The position numbers were made by a program, and so were the translations under genes. Of a stretch of DNA of 64,000 nt, positions 30,118 through 38,992 are shown piece by piece. The DNA is from an uncultured Bacteroidales bacterium. GTDB lineage: Bacteria; Bacteroidota; Bacteroidia; Bacteroidales; UBA10428. The stretch covers positions 709,582 to 773,581 of the forward strand of contig CAWEGX010000005.1 in NCBI GenBank assembly GCA_963808745.1, in the 5' to 3' direction. Every line of letters begins with the position of its first letter. Position 1 is the first letter of the stretch. Below the pieces are notes generated by a model that was not told where the DNA came from, did no database searches, and saw only the letters and a program-made list of their open reading frames with translations.

Positions 30118-30791
30118 CTGTCTTCCATTCCCTGAAGTAAAAATTCAGCAATTCCCAGGTCCTGTTTCAGTGTGATCTTTATGTTTTCAGGATTTCCTTC
30201 TACCAGGTGAATACTATAACCCCGGCTCTCCACCACACTGGCATCATCTGTAAAACAGGAGTGATATTCCTGCTGATACGCCTCCTTCAGTATATTGCTG
30301 ATAAATACCTGCGGGGTTTGAATCAGCCGGTATTTTGCACGATCAACAGGCCTGTTTCCCTGCTCATCAGTCATTCTTAACGTTTCCGGAATTTCAACAC
30401 AGGGCACTGCATTCCCTTTGTCTCCGGCAACCATAAAGCAACGATGTATGGTGTCCATACTCACAAGTGGCCTAACCCCATCATGCACTGCCACAAGGCA
30501 TTGGTCCGGAATGCTGCCCAGGTTTTTTTGTATGGAATGAAATCTGGTTTCTCCGCCGGTCACTATCTCATGCCTGATTTTAAAGCCATTTTTCTCACAA
30601 AGATCCTTCCAGGCTGCAATCTGCTCCCCGGGTAAAACGAGGATGATCCGCATTCCGGAATCATACCGGTGAAATTTATTAATGGTATGCATCAGAACAG
30701 GAATTCCTTTCAACAGCATAAACTGCTTAAGAACCTGTGATTTCATCCTTTTCCCGGTGCCCCCTGCGACAATCAGTGCAATTTTTTCCAA
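30102..30791 (-). CDS. ispD: 2-C-methyl-D-erythritol 4-phosphate cytidylyltransferase
   Basis: IALIVAGGTGKRM...KQF...VHDGVRP...QTPQVF. Confidence 0.9.
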   Translation of the reverse strand: MEKIALIVAGGTGKRMKSQVLKQFMLLKGIPVLMHTINKFHRYDSGMRIILVLPGEQIAAWKDLCEKNGFKIRHEIVTGGETRFHSIQKNLGSIPDQCLVAVHDGVRPLVSMDTIHRCFMVAGDKGNAVPCVEIPETLRMTDEQGNRPVDRAKYRLIQTPQVFISNILKEAYQQEYHSCFTDDASVVESRGYSIHLVEGNPENIKITLKQDLGIAEFLLQGMEDSQYHL

Positions 30792-30843
30792 GGCAATTAA
30801 TCATATAGATTTAATGTTTTAAATTTACAAAAACTGGCCCATA

Positions 30844-30851
30844 TAAATTTG
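30844..30851 (+). promoter_or_regulatory. candidate -7 promoter element (TAAATTTG)
   Basis: TAnnTTTG match 27 nt upstream of the ATG at 30878. Confidence 0.3.
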
Positions 30852-30877
30852 GGACTCCCTGACTAAAAACAGATATT

Positions 30878-31549
30878 ATGATCAGCAAAGAAACGTTCCG
30901 CTTTCTGCAGCAACTCAGGCTCAATAATGACAAGTTCTGGTTTGATGAAAACCGCAGCCTGTATGCCAGGCTTCGTAAAGAGTTTGAGGACTTTCTTGAA
31001 ATTGTGATCTCCGAGATTAGCCAGTTTGACCCTGAGGCAGCTGAGACTACAGCGAAGGCATCCATATTCCGGATTAACCGCGATATCCGGTTTTCAAACG
31101 ACAAGGTACCGTACAAAACGAATTTTGGCGCCTTTATTGCAAAAGGAGGAAGGAAAGGTATCAATTCAGGATATTATATTCATGTTGAACCAGGAGAATG
31201 CTTTCTGGCCGGAGGTATTTATATGCCTTCAGCCCCTATGCTTAAGGCGATCCGTGAAGAGATTTATGAAAATATTGATGCATTTAAGGATCTCCTGCTT
31301 GCACCGTCCTTTGTGAAACATTTCGGTGACCGCATTGGCGGGGAAAAACTCAAATCAGCTCCCCGGGGTTTTCCAAAGGATTTTGCAGATATGGATTATC
31401 TTAAGTATAGATCCTACACTGTATTAAAGAGCGAACCCGACAGTATATACCAGAAAGCTGATTTTATAAAAGAAGTAAAGGAAGTATTCAGGGCCATGGC
31501 TCCCTTTAATCAATTCCTGAATCACGCTGTTGAGGATGTAGAAAGGTAG
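30878..31549 (+). CDS. DUF2461 (TIGR02453) family protein
   Basis: N-terminus FRFLQQLRLNNDKFWFDENRSLY and ...RINRDIRFSNDKVPYKTNFG... are typical of this family. Confidence 0.75.
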   Translation: MISKETFRFLQQLRLNNDKFWFDENRSLYARLRKEFEDFLEIVISEISQFDPEAAETTAKASIFRINRDIRFSNDKVPYKTNFGAFIAKGGRKGINSGYYIHVEPGECFLAGGIYMPSAPMLKAIREEIYENIDAFKDLLLAPSFVKHFGDRIGGEKLKSAPRGFPKDFADMDYLKYRSYTVLKSEPDSIYQKADFIKEVKEVFRAMAPFNQFLNHAVEDVER

Positions 31550-31572
31550 CCTGATCAAAACTTTGTGTTTCC

Positions 31573-32265
31573 TTAAACAAGTTTTCTGGCTTCAGCAGCC
31601 TTCAATAAAACTTGAACAATTTCATCAATACTGAAAGTCATGCAATTAAGGGTGAGATCAAAACGGGTATAGTCGGTATCCTTTCCCTGGAAGTATTCAC
31701 GGAATTCTTTTCTTTTTTTGTCAACTTCAATAGCGGTCTTTCGGGCCTCGTTATGTGAAATATGATAGTTTTCTGCTACCCGTAAAACACGCCAATCCAG
31801 CGGAGCTTCAAGCATAACATGCAATGACCTCGGGATATCATGTGTAATAGCCACTCCCCCGCGCCCTACAATGATCACATGACCCTCCTGGGCCATGTTC
31901 CGGATTACCTTGCCAATAGTGTTCCGTATTTTCCGTTCGCTCTTGTAATATTTGTTAAACTGGGCTGACAAAATATCATCAAGCATGCTCTTTTGCTGGT
32001 AGTCAAATACATACTTTATTTTCTCAGGATCCACCTCTAACGCCCTGGCTGATTCTGCCATAATTTCTTTTGTAACATACTTCCATTTAACCTGCTTGCC
32101 CTTAGCTACCATTTTCCGGGTTAATTCTTCAGACAGGCTGCTGGCAATAAGCTTTGAAGGACATCCGTATTCACGTGAAATAGTAATAACCGGTCCGGCC
32201 TCTCTTAGAAGCTCGGCTTCATTGTGGATGCGCTCTGACATGTATTTTGAGATGTCAATATGCAT
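31573..32265 (-). CDS. cytidylate kinase-like (AAA) family protein
   Basis: VITISREYGCPSKLIASSLSEEL... and ...VIIVGRGG motifs. Confidence 0.7.
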   Translation of the reverse strand: MHIDISKYMSERIHNEAELLREAGPVITISREYGCPSKLIASSLSEELTRKMVAKGKQVKWKYVTKEIMAESARALEVDPEKIKYVFDYQQKSMLDDILSAQFNKYYKSERKIRNTIGKVIRNMAQEGHVIIVGRGGVAITHDIPRSLHVMLEAPLDWRVLRVAENYHISHNEARKTAIEVDKKRKEFREYFQGKDTDYTRFDLTLNCMTFSIDEIVQVLLKAAEARKLV

Positions 32266-32434
32266 GTCCCGAAAAATTTTTGTTATTGAAATATACTCAT
32301 TTTTTTCCGGTTTTAATAGACTTTCCCAAAATTTTTCTGTCTCATTTTCAGCAAGTCCAAATCGAAAAACAAATTAACCAGTGTTGTTGATATGCAAGGG
32401 CCAAAATCGCTACTTTTGTATAAAAGTTATCAGG

Positions 32435-32971
32435 ATGATCATGCTGACAGATCGGGAATTACTAAAATCGTCAATCCGGAACATTCCGGATTTTCCTAAA
32501 AAAGGCATTCAATTCAAGGATATCACAACGGCACTCAAAAATCCTGAGGTATTTTCCATGATTGTGGATGATATCTCGTCTCATTTCAAAGATTTAGGGA
32601 TAACCAAGGTAGCGGCGATTGAATCCAGGGGCTTTATTACAGGAGGGGCAGTTGCCTTGAAGCTGGGAACAGGATTTGTTCCCATCAGAAAACTTGGTAA
32701 ATTACCCGCCTTAACTTTCTCGAAGCAATATGATCTTGAGTATGGAAAAGACTCCCTCGAAATACACCAGGACGCTCTGGGCCCCCAGGATATTGTTCTG
32801 TTGCATGATGATCTGCTTGCCACAGGAGGTACGGCACTGGCCGCCATTGAACTGCTGGGGAATTTCAATATAAGACAAATTTATGTCTGTTTTATTATTG
32901 AACTTGACTTTTTACAAGGCCGCCAGCGCTTATCGCCTTATGGAGATGTTTATTCACTGATTCATTTTTAA
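32435..32971 (+). CDS. apt: adenine phosphoribosyltransferase
   Basis: IPDFPKKGIQFKDIT...IESRGFI...VLLHDDLLATGGT (PRPP motif). Confidence 0.92.
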   Translation: MIMLTDRELLKSSIRNIPDFPKKGIQFKDITTALKNPEVFSMIVDDISSHFKDLGITKVAAIESRGFITGGAVALKLGTGFVPIRKLGKLPALTFSKQYDLEYGKDSLEIHQDALGPQDIVLLHDDLLATGGTALAAIELLGNFNIRQIYVCFIIELDFLQGRQRLSPYGDVYSLIHF

Positions 32972-32981
32972 TCAGGAAAGG

Positions 32982-33719
32982 ATGAAAATTATATCTAAAA
33001 TGAAAATGGCGGAGGTAATTCACCTGAATTATCATTTGTTGCCCATTATATCGAGATTCGGCATTCACCTTGGTTTCGGTGAAAAAACAATTGAACAGCT
33101 TTGCATTGAGTATAACCTTGATCTTAATTTCTTCCTTGTAATTCTAAACTCTTACCACGATAAAGACTATTTCCCGCGGAAACATCTCCAGGGTTTTCCA
33201 ATTAAGCTGATCATTGAATACCTGAGGAAATCGCATGAATATTATCTTACCATAAAGATCCCGTTGATCGACAAACTTCTCACCCAGCTTTCTGCTCAGG
33301 ATAAGGGACTTAGCGGGGAATCGCTGCAACTGATCAACAAATTCTTTAATGAATACAAGCATGAATTGTCCACACACATTCAACGTGAAGAAGAAAAGGT
33401 ATATCCCTACATTTTTGCAATTGAGGAGGCTTTCCGGCAAGGTAAATCAAACAGCGACCTGGTGGCATTTATCAGGAAGTATTCAATCGATGATTATGAA
33501 AATGAACATGACAATGTTGAAGACAAATTGTTTGATCTCCAGAATATAATTATCAAATACCTTCCCCCTCCCCTGGATATGAACCTTTGCCATACCGTAC
33601 TTATGGAAATGTTCAGGCTGGAGACCGATTTGTATGATCATGCCCGAATTGAGGATATGGTGCTTGTACCTAAGGTCAGGTTTATGGAAAAATGGATAGA
33701 AGAACATATTACTCCTTAA
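32982..33719 (+). CDS. hemerythrin-domain protein (RIC/ScdA-like architecture)
   Basis: 245 aa with paired H/E-rich helices (KSHEYY..., HELSTHIQREEEKVYPYI, ENEHDNVEDKLF, DLYDHARIEDMVLVP). Confidence 0.6.
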   Translation: MKIISKMKMAEVIHLNYHLLPIISRFGIHLGFGEKTIEQLCIEYNLDLNFFLVILNSYHDKDYFPRKHLQGFPIKLIIEYLRKSHEYYLTIKIPLIDKLLTQLSAQDKGLSGESLQLINKFFNEYKHELSTHIQREEEKVYPYIFAIEEAFRQGKSNSDLVAFIRKYSIDDYENEHDNVEDKLFDLQNIIIKYLPPPLDMNLCHTVLMEMFRLETDLYDHARIEDMVLVPKVRFMEKWIEEHITP

Positions 33720-33724
33720 CAGGC

Positions 33725-34324
33725 ATGGATTATATTAATGTCATAATTGCTGATTTGTCACAGTTGTCGCGACTTGGATTAATCAGTCTGCTTAATCGGA
33801 TGAAATATCCGTTCCATATCAGGGAGATTGCCTCTCCTGATAAATTAACCGCCTTGCCTTCAAAGGATCAGGCGGAAATTTTTATTGTCAGCAGTGCTTT
33901 TCTTCGTAAATGTCCGCCATCACTGATTCAAAGCCTGCAAATGCATTTTAATTCAATGGTCAGAATACTCATTTGCGATGCTGAACCCGGACCTGAGAAA
34001 ATATTCCGCTTTTCCGAGATCATTGATCCTTCAGATCATGATAAAAATATTATCCGTAAGCTTGAAAAGCAATTGTCACAGATCTATAAGCAAAAGAAGG
34101 AGCCTGATTCACCTGAAGGCATAAGCGACCGTGAGAAAGAGGTTCTCCGGCTTGTTGCCGTGGGATTAACCAATAAAGAAATCGGGGACAAGCTTTTTAT
34201 CAGCTCACACACAGTCATCACCCACAGGAAAAATATTTCGGCCAAGCTGGGTATTAAAACCATTGCAGGCCTTACCATGTATGCGTTGATCAATCATTTG
34301 ATCGTTACTGAAGAAAAAATCTGA
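33725..34324 (+). CDS. LuxR-family HTH regulator with a receiver-like N-terminal domain
   Basis: C-terminal ISDREKEVLRLVAVGLTNKEIGDKLFISSHTVITHRKNI. The N-terminal region has REC-like alternation, but I cannot confirm a phospho-acceptor Asp. Confidence 0.8.
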   Translation: MDYINVIIADLSQLSRLGLISLLNRMKYPFHIREIASPDKLTALPSKDQAEIFIVSSAFLRKCPPSLIQSLQMHFNSMVRILICDAEPGPEKIFRFSEIIDPSDHDKNIIRKLEKQLSQIYKQKKEPDSPEGISDREKEVLRLVAVGLTNKEIGDKLFISSHTVITHRKNISAKLGIKTIAGLTMYALINHLIVTEEKI

Positions 34325-34331
34325 TATACCT

Positions 34332-36272
34332 ATGATCGACAGAAATACAATTGACCGGATTTTTGCTGCAGCCAATATTGTGGAGGTGATCGGTGAATTT
34401 GTAAACCTCAAGCGATCGGGTCAGAATTACCGTGGATTAAGTCCGTTTAAAAGCGAAAAAACACCCTCCTTTTTTGTAAGTCCGGCCAAGGGGATCTTTA
34501 AATGCTTCAGTACGGGAATTGGCGGGAATGTGGTGAATTTTCTGATGGAGCATGAGAAAATTACCTATCCCGATGCACTCCATTACCTGGCCAGGAAATA
34601 TAATATTGAAATTGTTGAAAAGGAGGAAACTCCGGAGGAAAGGCAGATTAAGAATGAGCGGGAAAGCCTCCTGGCCGTTAACCAGTTTGCCTGTCAGTAT
34701 TTTGTTGATACGCTTCACACATCGGAAGGGAAAGCCATCGGGCAAAGCTACTATGTTGAAAGAGGTTTCAGGGAAGACATCATTGCAAAATTCCAGCTTG
34801 GTTATGCCCGGGAAGACCGGAATGCATTTACCCGCACTGCCGTTGACAAAAGCTATAAGATTGATTACCTGGTAAAGACAGGCCTCACCATTCAACATGA
34901 AAACCATAGCTATGACCGTTTTCATGGACGGGTAATATTTCCGATCCATGGACTTACCGGGCAGATTCTCGGTTTTGCCGGCCGTATCCTGAAAACGGAT
35001 GAAAAAACCGCCAAATACCTGAATTCGCCAGAGTCAGAGATCTATCACAAGAGCGATATTCTGTATGGCCTGTTCTTTGCGCGTCAGGCCATATTAAAGA
35101 GTGATAAATGCTTCCTTGTTGAAGGTTATACAGATGTAATCTCATTGCATCAGTCAGGAATTGAAAATGTAGTGGCCTCTTCCGGTACGTCGCTTACAAT
35201 AAATCAGATCAGGCTGATCAAACGGTTTACCCACAATATCACTATCCTTTATGATGGAGATGAGGCAGGCATCAAGGCCTCCCTGAGGGGTATAGATCTT
35301 TTGCTGGAGGAAGGATTGAATGTGCGGGTCGTTTTACTTCCCGATGGCGAAGATCCTGATTCCTTCGCCAGGAAGAATAATTCCCAGGCCTTTACTGGTT
35401 TTATCCTGACCCATGAAGCCGATTTCATCTCCTTTAAAACCAATTTGCTGAAAAAGGAGGCTGAATCAGACCCCATTAAGCGGGCCGGTCTCATCAGTGA
35501 AATCGTCAGGACAATTTCCGTGATCCCTGAAAGCATAGCCCGTTCAGTATATATCCGCGAATGCAGTAAACTGCTTGATGTGGATGAAAAGATATTGTAT
35601 GCTGAAACAGCCCGGTTACGAAATAACCGGAATGAACAAAAGATCAGGCAGGCCGGTGTAAAGGAATATACACCGCCTGTGGAAAGGGCCGTGAATGCAA
35701 AGGATGAATTAATCCCCGAAAATTACCCGGCCGAAAAAGAAGTGATACGGTTGATACTGCTTTTTGGAAATCAGAAGTTTTCATTACCCCAGCCCGAAAA
35801 TTCGGCGAATGAAATGCGGGTCGTAGATTACCTGCTTCACGAAATTCAACATGATGAACTTGAATTCCATCATCCCGTGTTTAATCAGATCTATTCAGAA
35901 ATCTGCAATCAATCCATTAACAAAGATTTTAATTTTCAGGAATACTTTGTGCGTCATTCAGAAGAAACCTTGTCTAAAACTGCTGCGGACCTGATAACAG
36001 TAGCCTATGATCTGAGCAAAATATGGAAACGCCGGGAAAACTATTACGAAACGGAAGAAATGAAGTTGAATGAAACAATTCCCGAAGCAATCCTGGCGTT
36101 TAAAAACGAAAAAGTATTAAAACTGCTAAAAGAGGCTGAAAATGATCTTCGGTATGCGCAGGAACAAGATGACCAGGAAAGGATACAAAACCTTCAATCT
36201 AAGTTTATGATATTGAACACATTAAAAATGAGCCTTTCCAAAGGACTGGGCGATAGAACCTTTTTAACATGA
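34332..36272 (+). CDS. dnaG: DNA primase
   Basis: Zinc-finger region (GLSPFKSEKTPSFFVSPAKGIFKCFSTGIGGN) and TOPRIM (LVEGYTDVISLHQSG ... LYDGDEAG). Confidence 0.95.
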   Translation: MIDRNTIDRIFAAANIVEVIGEFVNLKRSGQNYRGLSPFKSEKTPSFFVSPAKGIFKCFSTGIGGNVVNFLMEHEKITYPDALHYLARKYNIEIVEKEETPEERQIKNERESLLAVNQFACQYFVDTLHTSEGKAIGQSYYVERGFREDIIAKFQLGYAREDRNAFTRTAVDKSYKIDYLVKTGLTIQHENHSYDRFHGRVIFPIHGLTGQILGFAGRILKTDEKTAKYLNSPESEIYHKSDILYGLFFARQAILKSDKCFLVEGYTDVISLHQSGIENVVASSGTSLTINQIRLIKRFTHNITILYDGDEAGIKASLRGIDLLLEEGLNVRVVLLPDGEDPDSFARKNNSQAFTGFILTHEADFISFKTNLLKKEAESDPIKRAGLISEIVRTISVIPESIARSVYIRECSKLLDVDEKILYAETARLRNNRNEQKIRQAGVKEYTPPVERAVNAKDELIPENYPAEKEVIRLILLFGNQKFSLPQPENSANEMRVVDYLLHEIQHDELEFHHPVFNQIYSEICNQSINKDFNFQEYFVRHSEETLSKTAADLITVAYDLSKIWKRRENYYETEEMKLNETIPEAILAFKNEKVLKLLKEAENDLRYAQEQDDQERIQNLQSKFMILNTLKMSLSKGLGDRTFLT

Positions 36273-36289
36273 TCTGAAAATTGCTTTAC

Positions 36290-36676
36290 ATGAAATATCT
36301 CAACTTGCTCCCCCATTTTTGGAAAACAATTTTGGTACTGGTAATTATTTTTTGCTTATGCCTGATTCCGGCCAGCGATATCAGCAAAATCGATTTTCTT
36401 AAACTAAGCTATGAAGATCTGGCAGTTCACCTGATAATGTTCGTTGGCTTTTCATCCATGCTGTTCCTCGATTTGCAAAAAAATACGAAACTTGCAAACA
36501 ATATGGCAACGCTGTCATTTGCGGTGTTAGTCATCTGTGTTTTGCTGGGGATTACTACTGAAATACTGCAACTCCTGCTGACATCCCTCCACCGAAGCGG
36601 AAATATAACTGATTTCCTGTTTGATATGATCGGATCAGGACTTGGAATAACCGGGATGCGGCTTATAAAGCAATAA
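36290..36676 (+). CDS. small membrane protein, possibly VanZ-like
   Basis: Four hydrophobic segments and an ...ITDFLFDMIGSGLG tail. Confidence 0.4.
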   Translation: MKYLNLLPHFWKTILVLVIIFCLCLIPASDISKIDFLKLSYEDLAVHLIMFVGFSSMLFLDLQKNTKLANNMATLSFAVLVICVLLGITTEILQLLLTSLHRSGNITDFLFDMIGSGLGITGMRLIKQ

Positions 36677-37097
36677 TCTGTTCCTGTGACCTGATATCGT
36701 GGGCCAAATCTTCAATGGTTTGTTCCTTGAACAACCGGATCATTTCACACCGGACAGGCTCATATTTCTTATGGACGGGGCAGGGGATGTTATTTTCGTT
36801 GCATGATCTCATGGAGATGAGGCATTTATTAAAAATATCGTCTCCATCAATAATTGTCACTATTTCATACAGGGATATTTTGTTGGCATCCTTCACCAGG
36901 CTGAAACCGCCATTGGGACCCTTGGTAGAGGACAATACTTTTCGTTTTACCAGTACCTGCAAAATTTTTGCCAGGAAAGGGGAAGGAATATTCAAATCAC
37001 CTGCTATTTTCTTTATTCCAACTTTTATTTCGCTGCGGGCGTGCAAAGCAAGATAAATTGTAGCCCTGATTGCATATTTGCTGGTATTGGATAACAT
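36663..37097 (-). CDS. Rrf2-family transcriptional regulator
   Basis: MLSNTSKYAIRATIYLA...SSTKGPNGGFSL... plus three Cys residues (CLISMRSCNENNIPCP). Confidence 0.88.
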   Translation of the reverse strand: MLSNTSKYAIRATIYLALHARSEIKVGIKKIAGDLNIPSPFLAKILQVLVKRKVLSSTKGPNGGFSLVKDANKISLYEIVTIIDGDDIFNKCLISMRSCNENNIPCPVHKKYEPVRCEMIRLFKEQTIEDLAHDIRSQEQIIAL

Positions 37098-37108
37098 ATC
37101 AAAAGCAG

Positions 37109-37537
37109 TTATATGGGTATTTTGTCAATTCTTCTTTTATGTCTTCCTCCTTCAAAATCAGTAGACAAAAAGATGTCAACTATCTGTTTGGCCTCATCCA
37201 TTGTCAAAAAACGGGCCGGAAGAGCACAAATGTTGGCATTATTATGACTGCGGGCCAGAAGAGCTATTTCCGGCATCCAGCAGAGGGCCGACCGTATTAA
37301 AGGGTGCTTGTTGGCGGTCATGTTAATACCATTTCCGCTTCCGCATAAGGATATTCCAAAATCAGCCCTGTTTTCCGAAACCTGTTTTGCTATTTCATGG
37401 CCGAATTCAGGATAATCAGCAGGTTCAGAGGAAAAACACCCCAGGTCGTTCACTTCATGTCCGGCTTCCTGCAAATACAGCATTAACCTTGTCTTTAAAG
37501 GATATCCCGCATGGTCGCTGGTTATTGCTATCTTCAT
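37109..37537 (-). CDS. rpiB: ribose 5-phosphate isomerase B
   Basis: MKIAITSDHAGYPLK...GISLCGSGNGI...HNNANI. Confidence 0.92.
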   Translation of the reverse strand: MKIAITSDHAGYPLKTRLMLYLQEAGHEVNDLGCFSSEPADYPEFGHEIAKQVSENRADFGISLCGSGNGINMTANKHPLIRSALCWMPEIALLARSHNNANICALPARFLTMDEAKQIVDIFLSTDFEGGRHKRRIDKIPI

Positions 37538-37985
37538 CCTCTTTCTGTTTATTGTTTATTCGCAAATATAAATATAATTTAGAGCAGGCTTCTATTTTTG
37601 ATTAAAAGAATTGAATATCCATATCTCGACATTGTTAAATTTATGTTGGAAACATCTTAATAAAATGTAAATTGATCAGGCAGATGGCAGGATTTTTGCA
37701 TTTCTGTTTAAAAACGATAAAATTATCAGTATTTATTCGACGGAAACTTCAAATTTTGAACAAACCATAAACATGAAACAATCCTGCAAATTCTGGTTAA
37801 TTTTGTACACCCGGAGTTGTTAACCAGCGGTTAATAAAACCGGAATATATTTATTTTCAGGCTATAGTTTTCAGAACTTGTTGTTAGAAGATGTTAATTA
37901 AGGTTTGATAATGTAAAAATCAAGGATATCGCCTTATTTTTTTAAACAGAATTAACACCCTATCATCATCACTTAAAATTGATTT

Positions 37986-38990
37986 ATGAATAGTTTAATA
38001 TATAATAATGAATTGTTGAAAAAGGGGTTTTTGGATATGCCTGTTAATCCTGAATTAAATCTGATCGATGAAATATATCGGATGAAAAAGGAAAAAAATA
38101 CGGTGATCCTGGCTCATTATTATCAGGAAGGCAAAATACAAGATCTTGCTGATTATGTGGGTGATAGTCTGTACCTTTCTCAACAGGCAGCAAAGACAAA
38201 TGCCGGTATTATTCTATTTTGTGGCGTTCATTTTATGGCTGAAACTGCGAAGATCCTGTCTCCTTCAAAAAAGGTGTTATTGCCTGATCTGAGAGCAGGT
38301 TGCTCTCTGGCTGATTCCTGCCCGGAAGATGATTTTAAAGAATTTCTTAAAAAATACCCGGATCATACTGTTATTAGTTACGTAAATACAACAGCTGAGA
38401 TAAAAGCTTTGTCAGATATCATTTGTACATCTTCCAATGCAGTGCAGATAGTTCTGTCATTGCCTGAATCTGAAAAAATTGTGTTTGCTCCCGATAAAAA
38501 CTTAGGTAACTATATTGCCGGAATTACGGGAAGACCAATGGTAATATGGGATGGTGCCTGTCATGTTCATGAGGCTTTCTCACTGGAAAGAATACTTGAA
38601 TTGAAGAAAATCCATCCGGAGGCTAAAATTATTGCTCATCCCGAATGCAATAAACCGATACTGATTGTGGCGGATTATATTGGATCTACATCTGCATTAT
38701 TGAACTTTGTTAAGAAAGATACGGGAAAATCATATATTATTGCTACTGAATCGGGAATACTTCATCAGATGAAAAATGCATGTCCTGACAAGCTGTTTTT
38801 GGCAGCTCCGCCAAAGGACGTGACATGTGGCTGCTCGGATTGCAGTTTTATGAAGTTAAATACGGTTAACAAAGTGTATAATACTTTGAAATATGAGGCT
38901 CCTGAAATATTTGTCAATGAGGAATTACGTGTAAAAGCTGAAAAATCTATAAGAAGAATGCTTGAAATATCTGAAAAACTGGGATTATAA
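37986..38990 (+). CDS. nadA: quinolinate synthase
   Basis: ILAHYYQ...VHFMAETAKIL...HPEC...ATE.GI... with Cys ligands. Confidence 0.95.
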   Translation: MNSLIYNNELLKKGFLDMPVNPELNLIDEIYRMKKEKNTVILAHYYQEGKIQDLADYVGDSLYLSQQAAKTNAGIILFCGVHFMAETAKILSPSKKVLLPDLRAGCSLADSCPEDDFKEFLKKYPDHTVISYVNTTAEIKALSDIICTSSNAVQIVLSLPESEKIVFAPDKNLGNYIAGITGRPMVIWDGACHVHEAFSLERILELKKIHPEAKIIAHPECNKPILIVADYIGSTSALLNFVKKDTGKSYIIATESGILHQMKNACPDKLFLAAPPKDVTCGCSDCSFMKLNTVNKVYNTLKYEAPEIFVNEELRVKAEKSIRRMLEISEKLGL

Positions 38991-38992
38991 TT

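Noticed and set aside
37538-37985. Possible NAD+-I (nadA motif) riboswitch upstream of nadA
   Set aside because: I could not find the tandem bulged-stem arrangement with the conserved CAACA / ACANCCCC elements as I remember them; only an isolated ACACCCGG is present. That class is also reported mainly from Acidobacteria. I left it as a generic long-leader observation.
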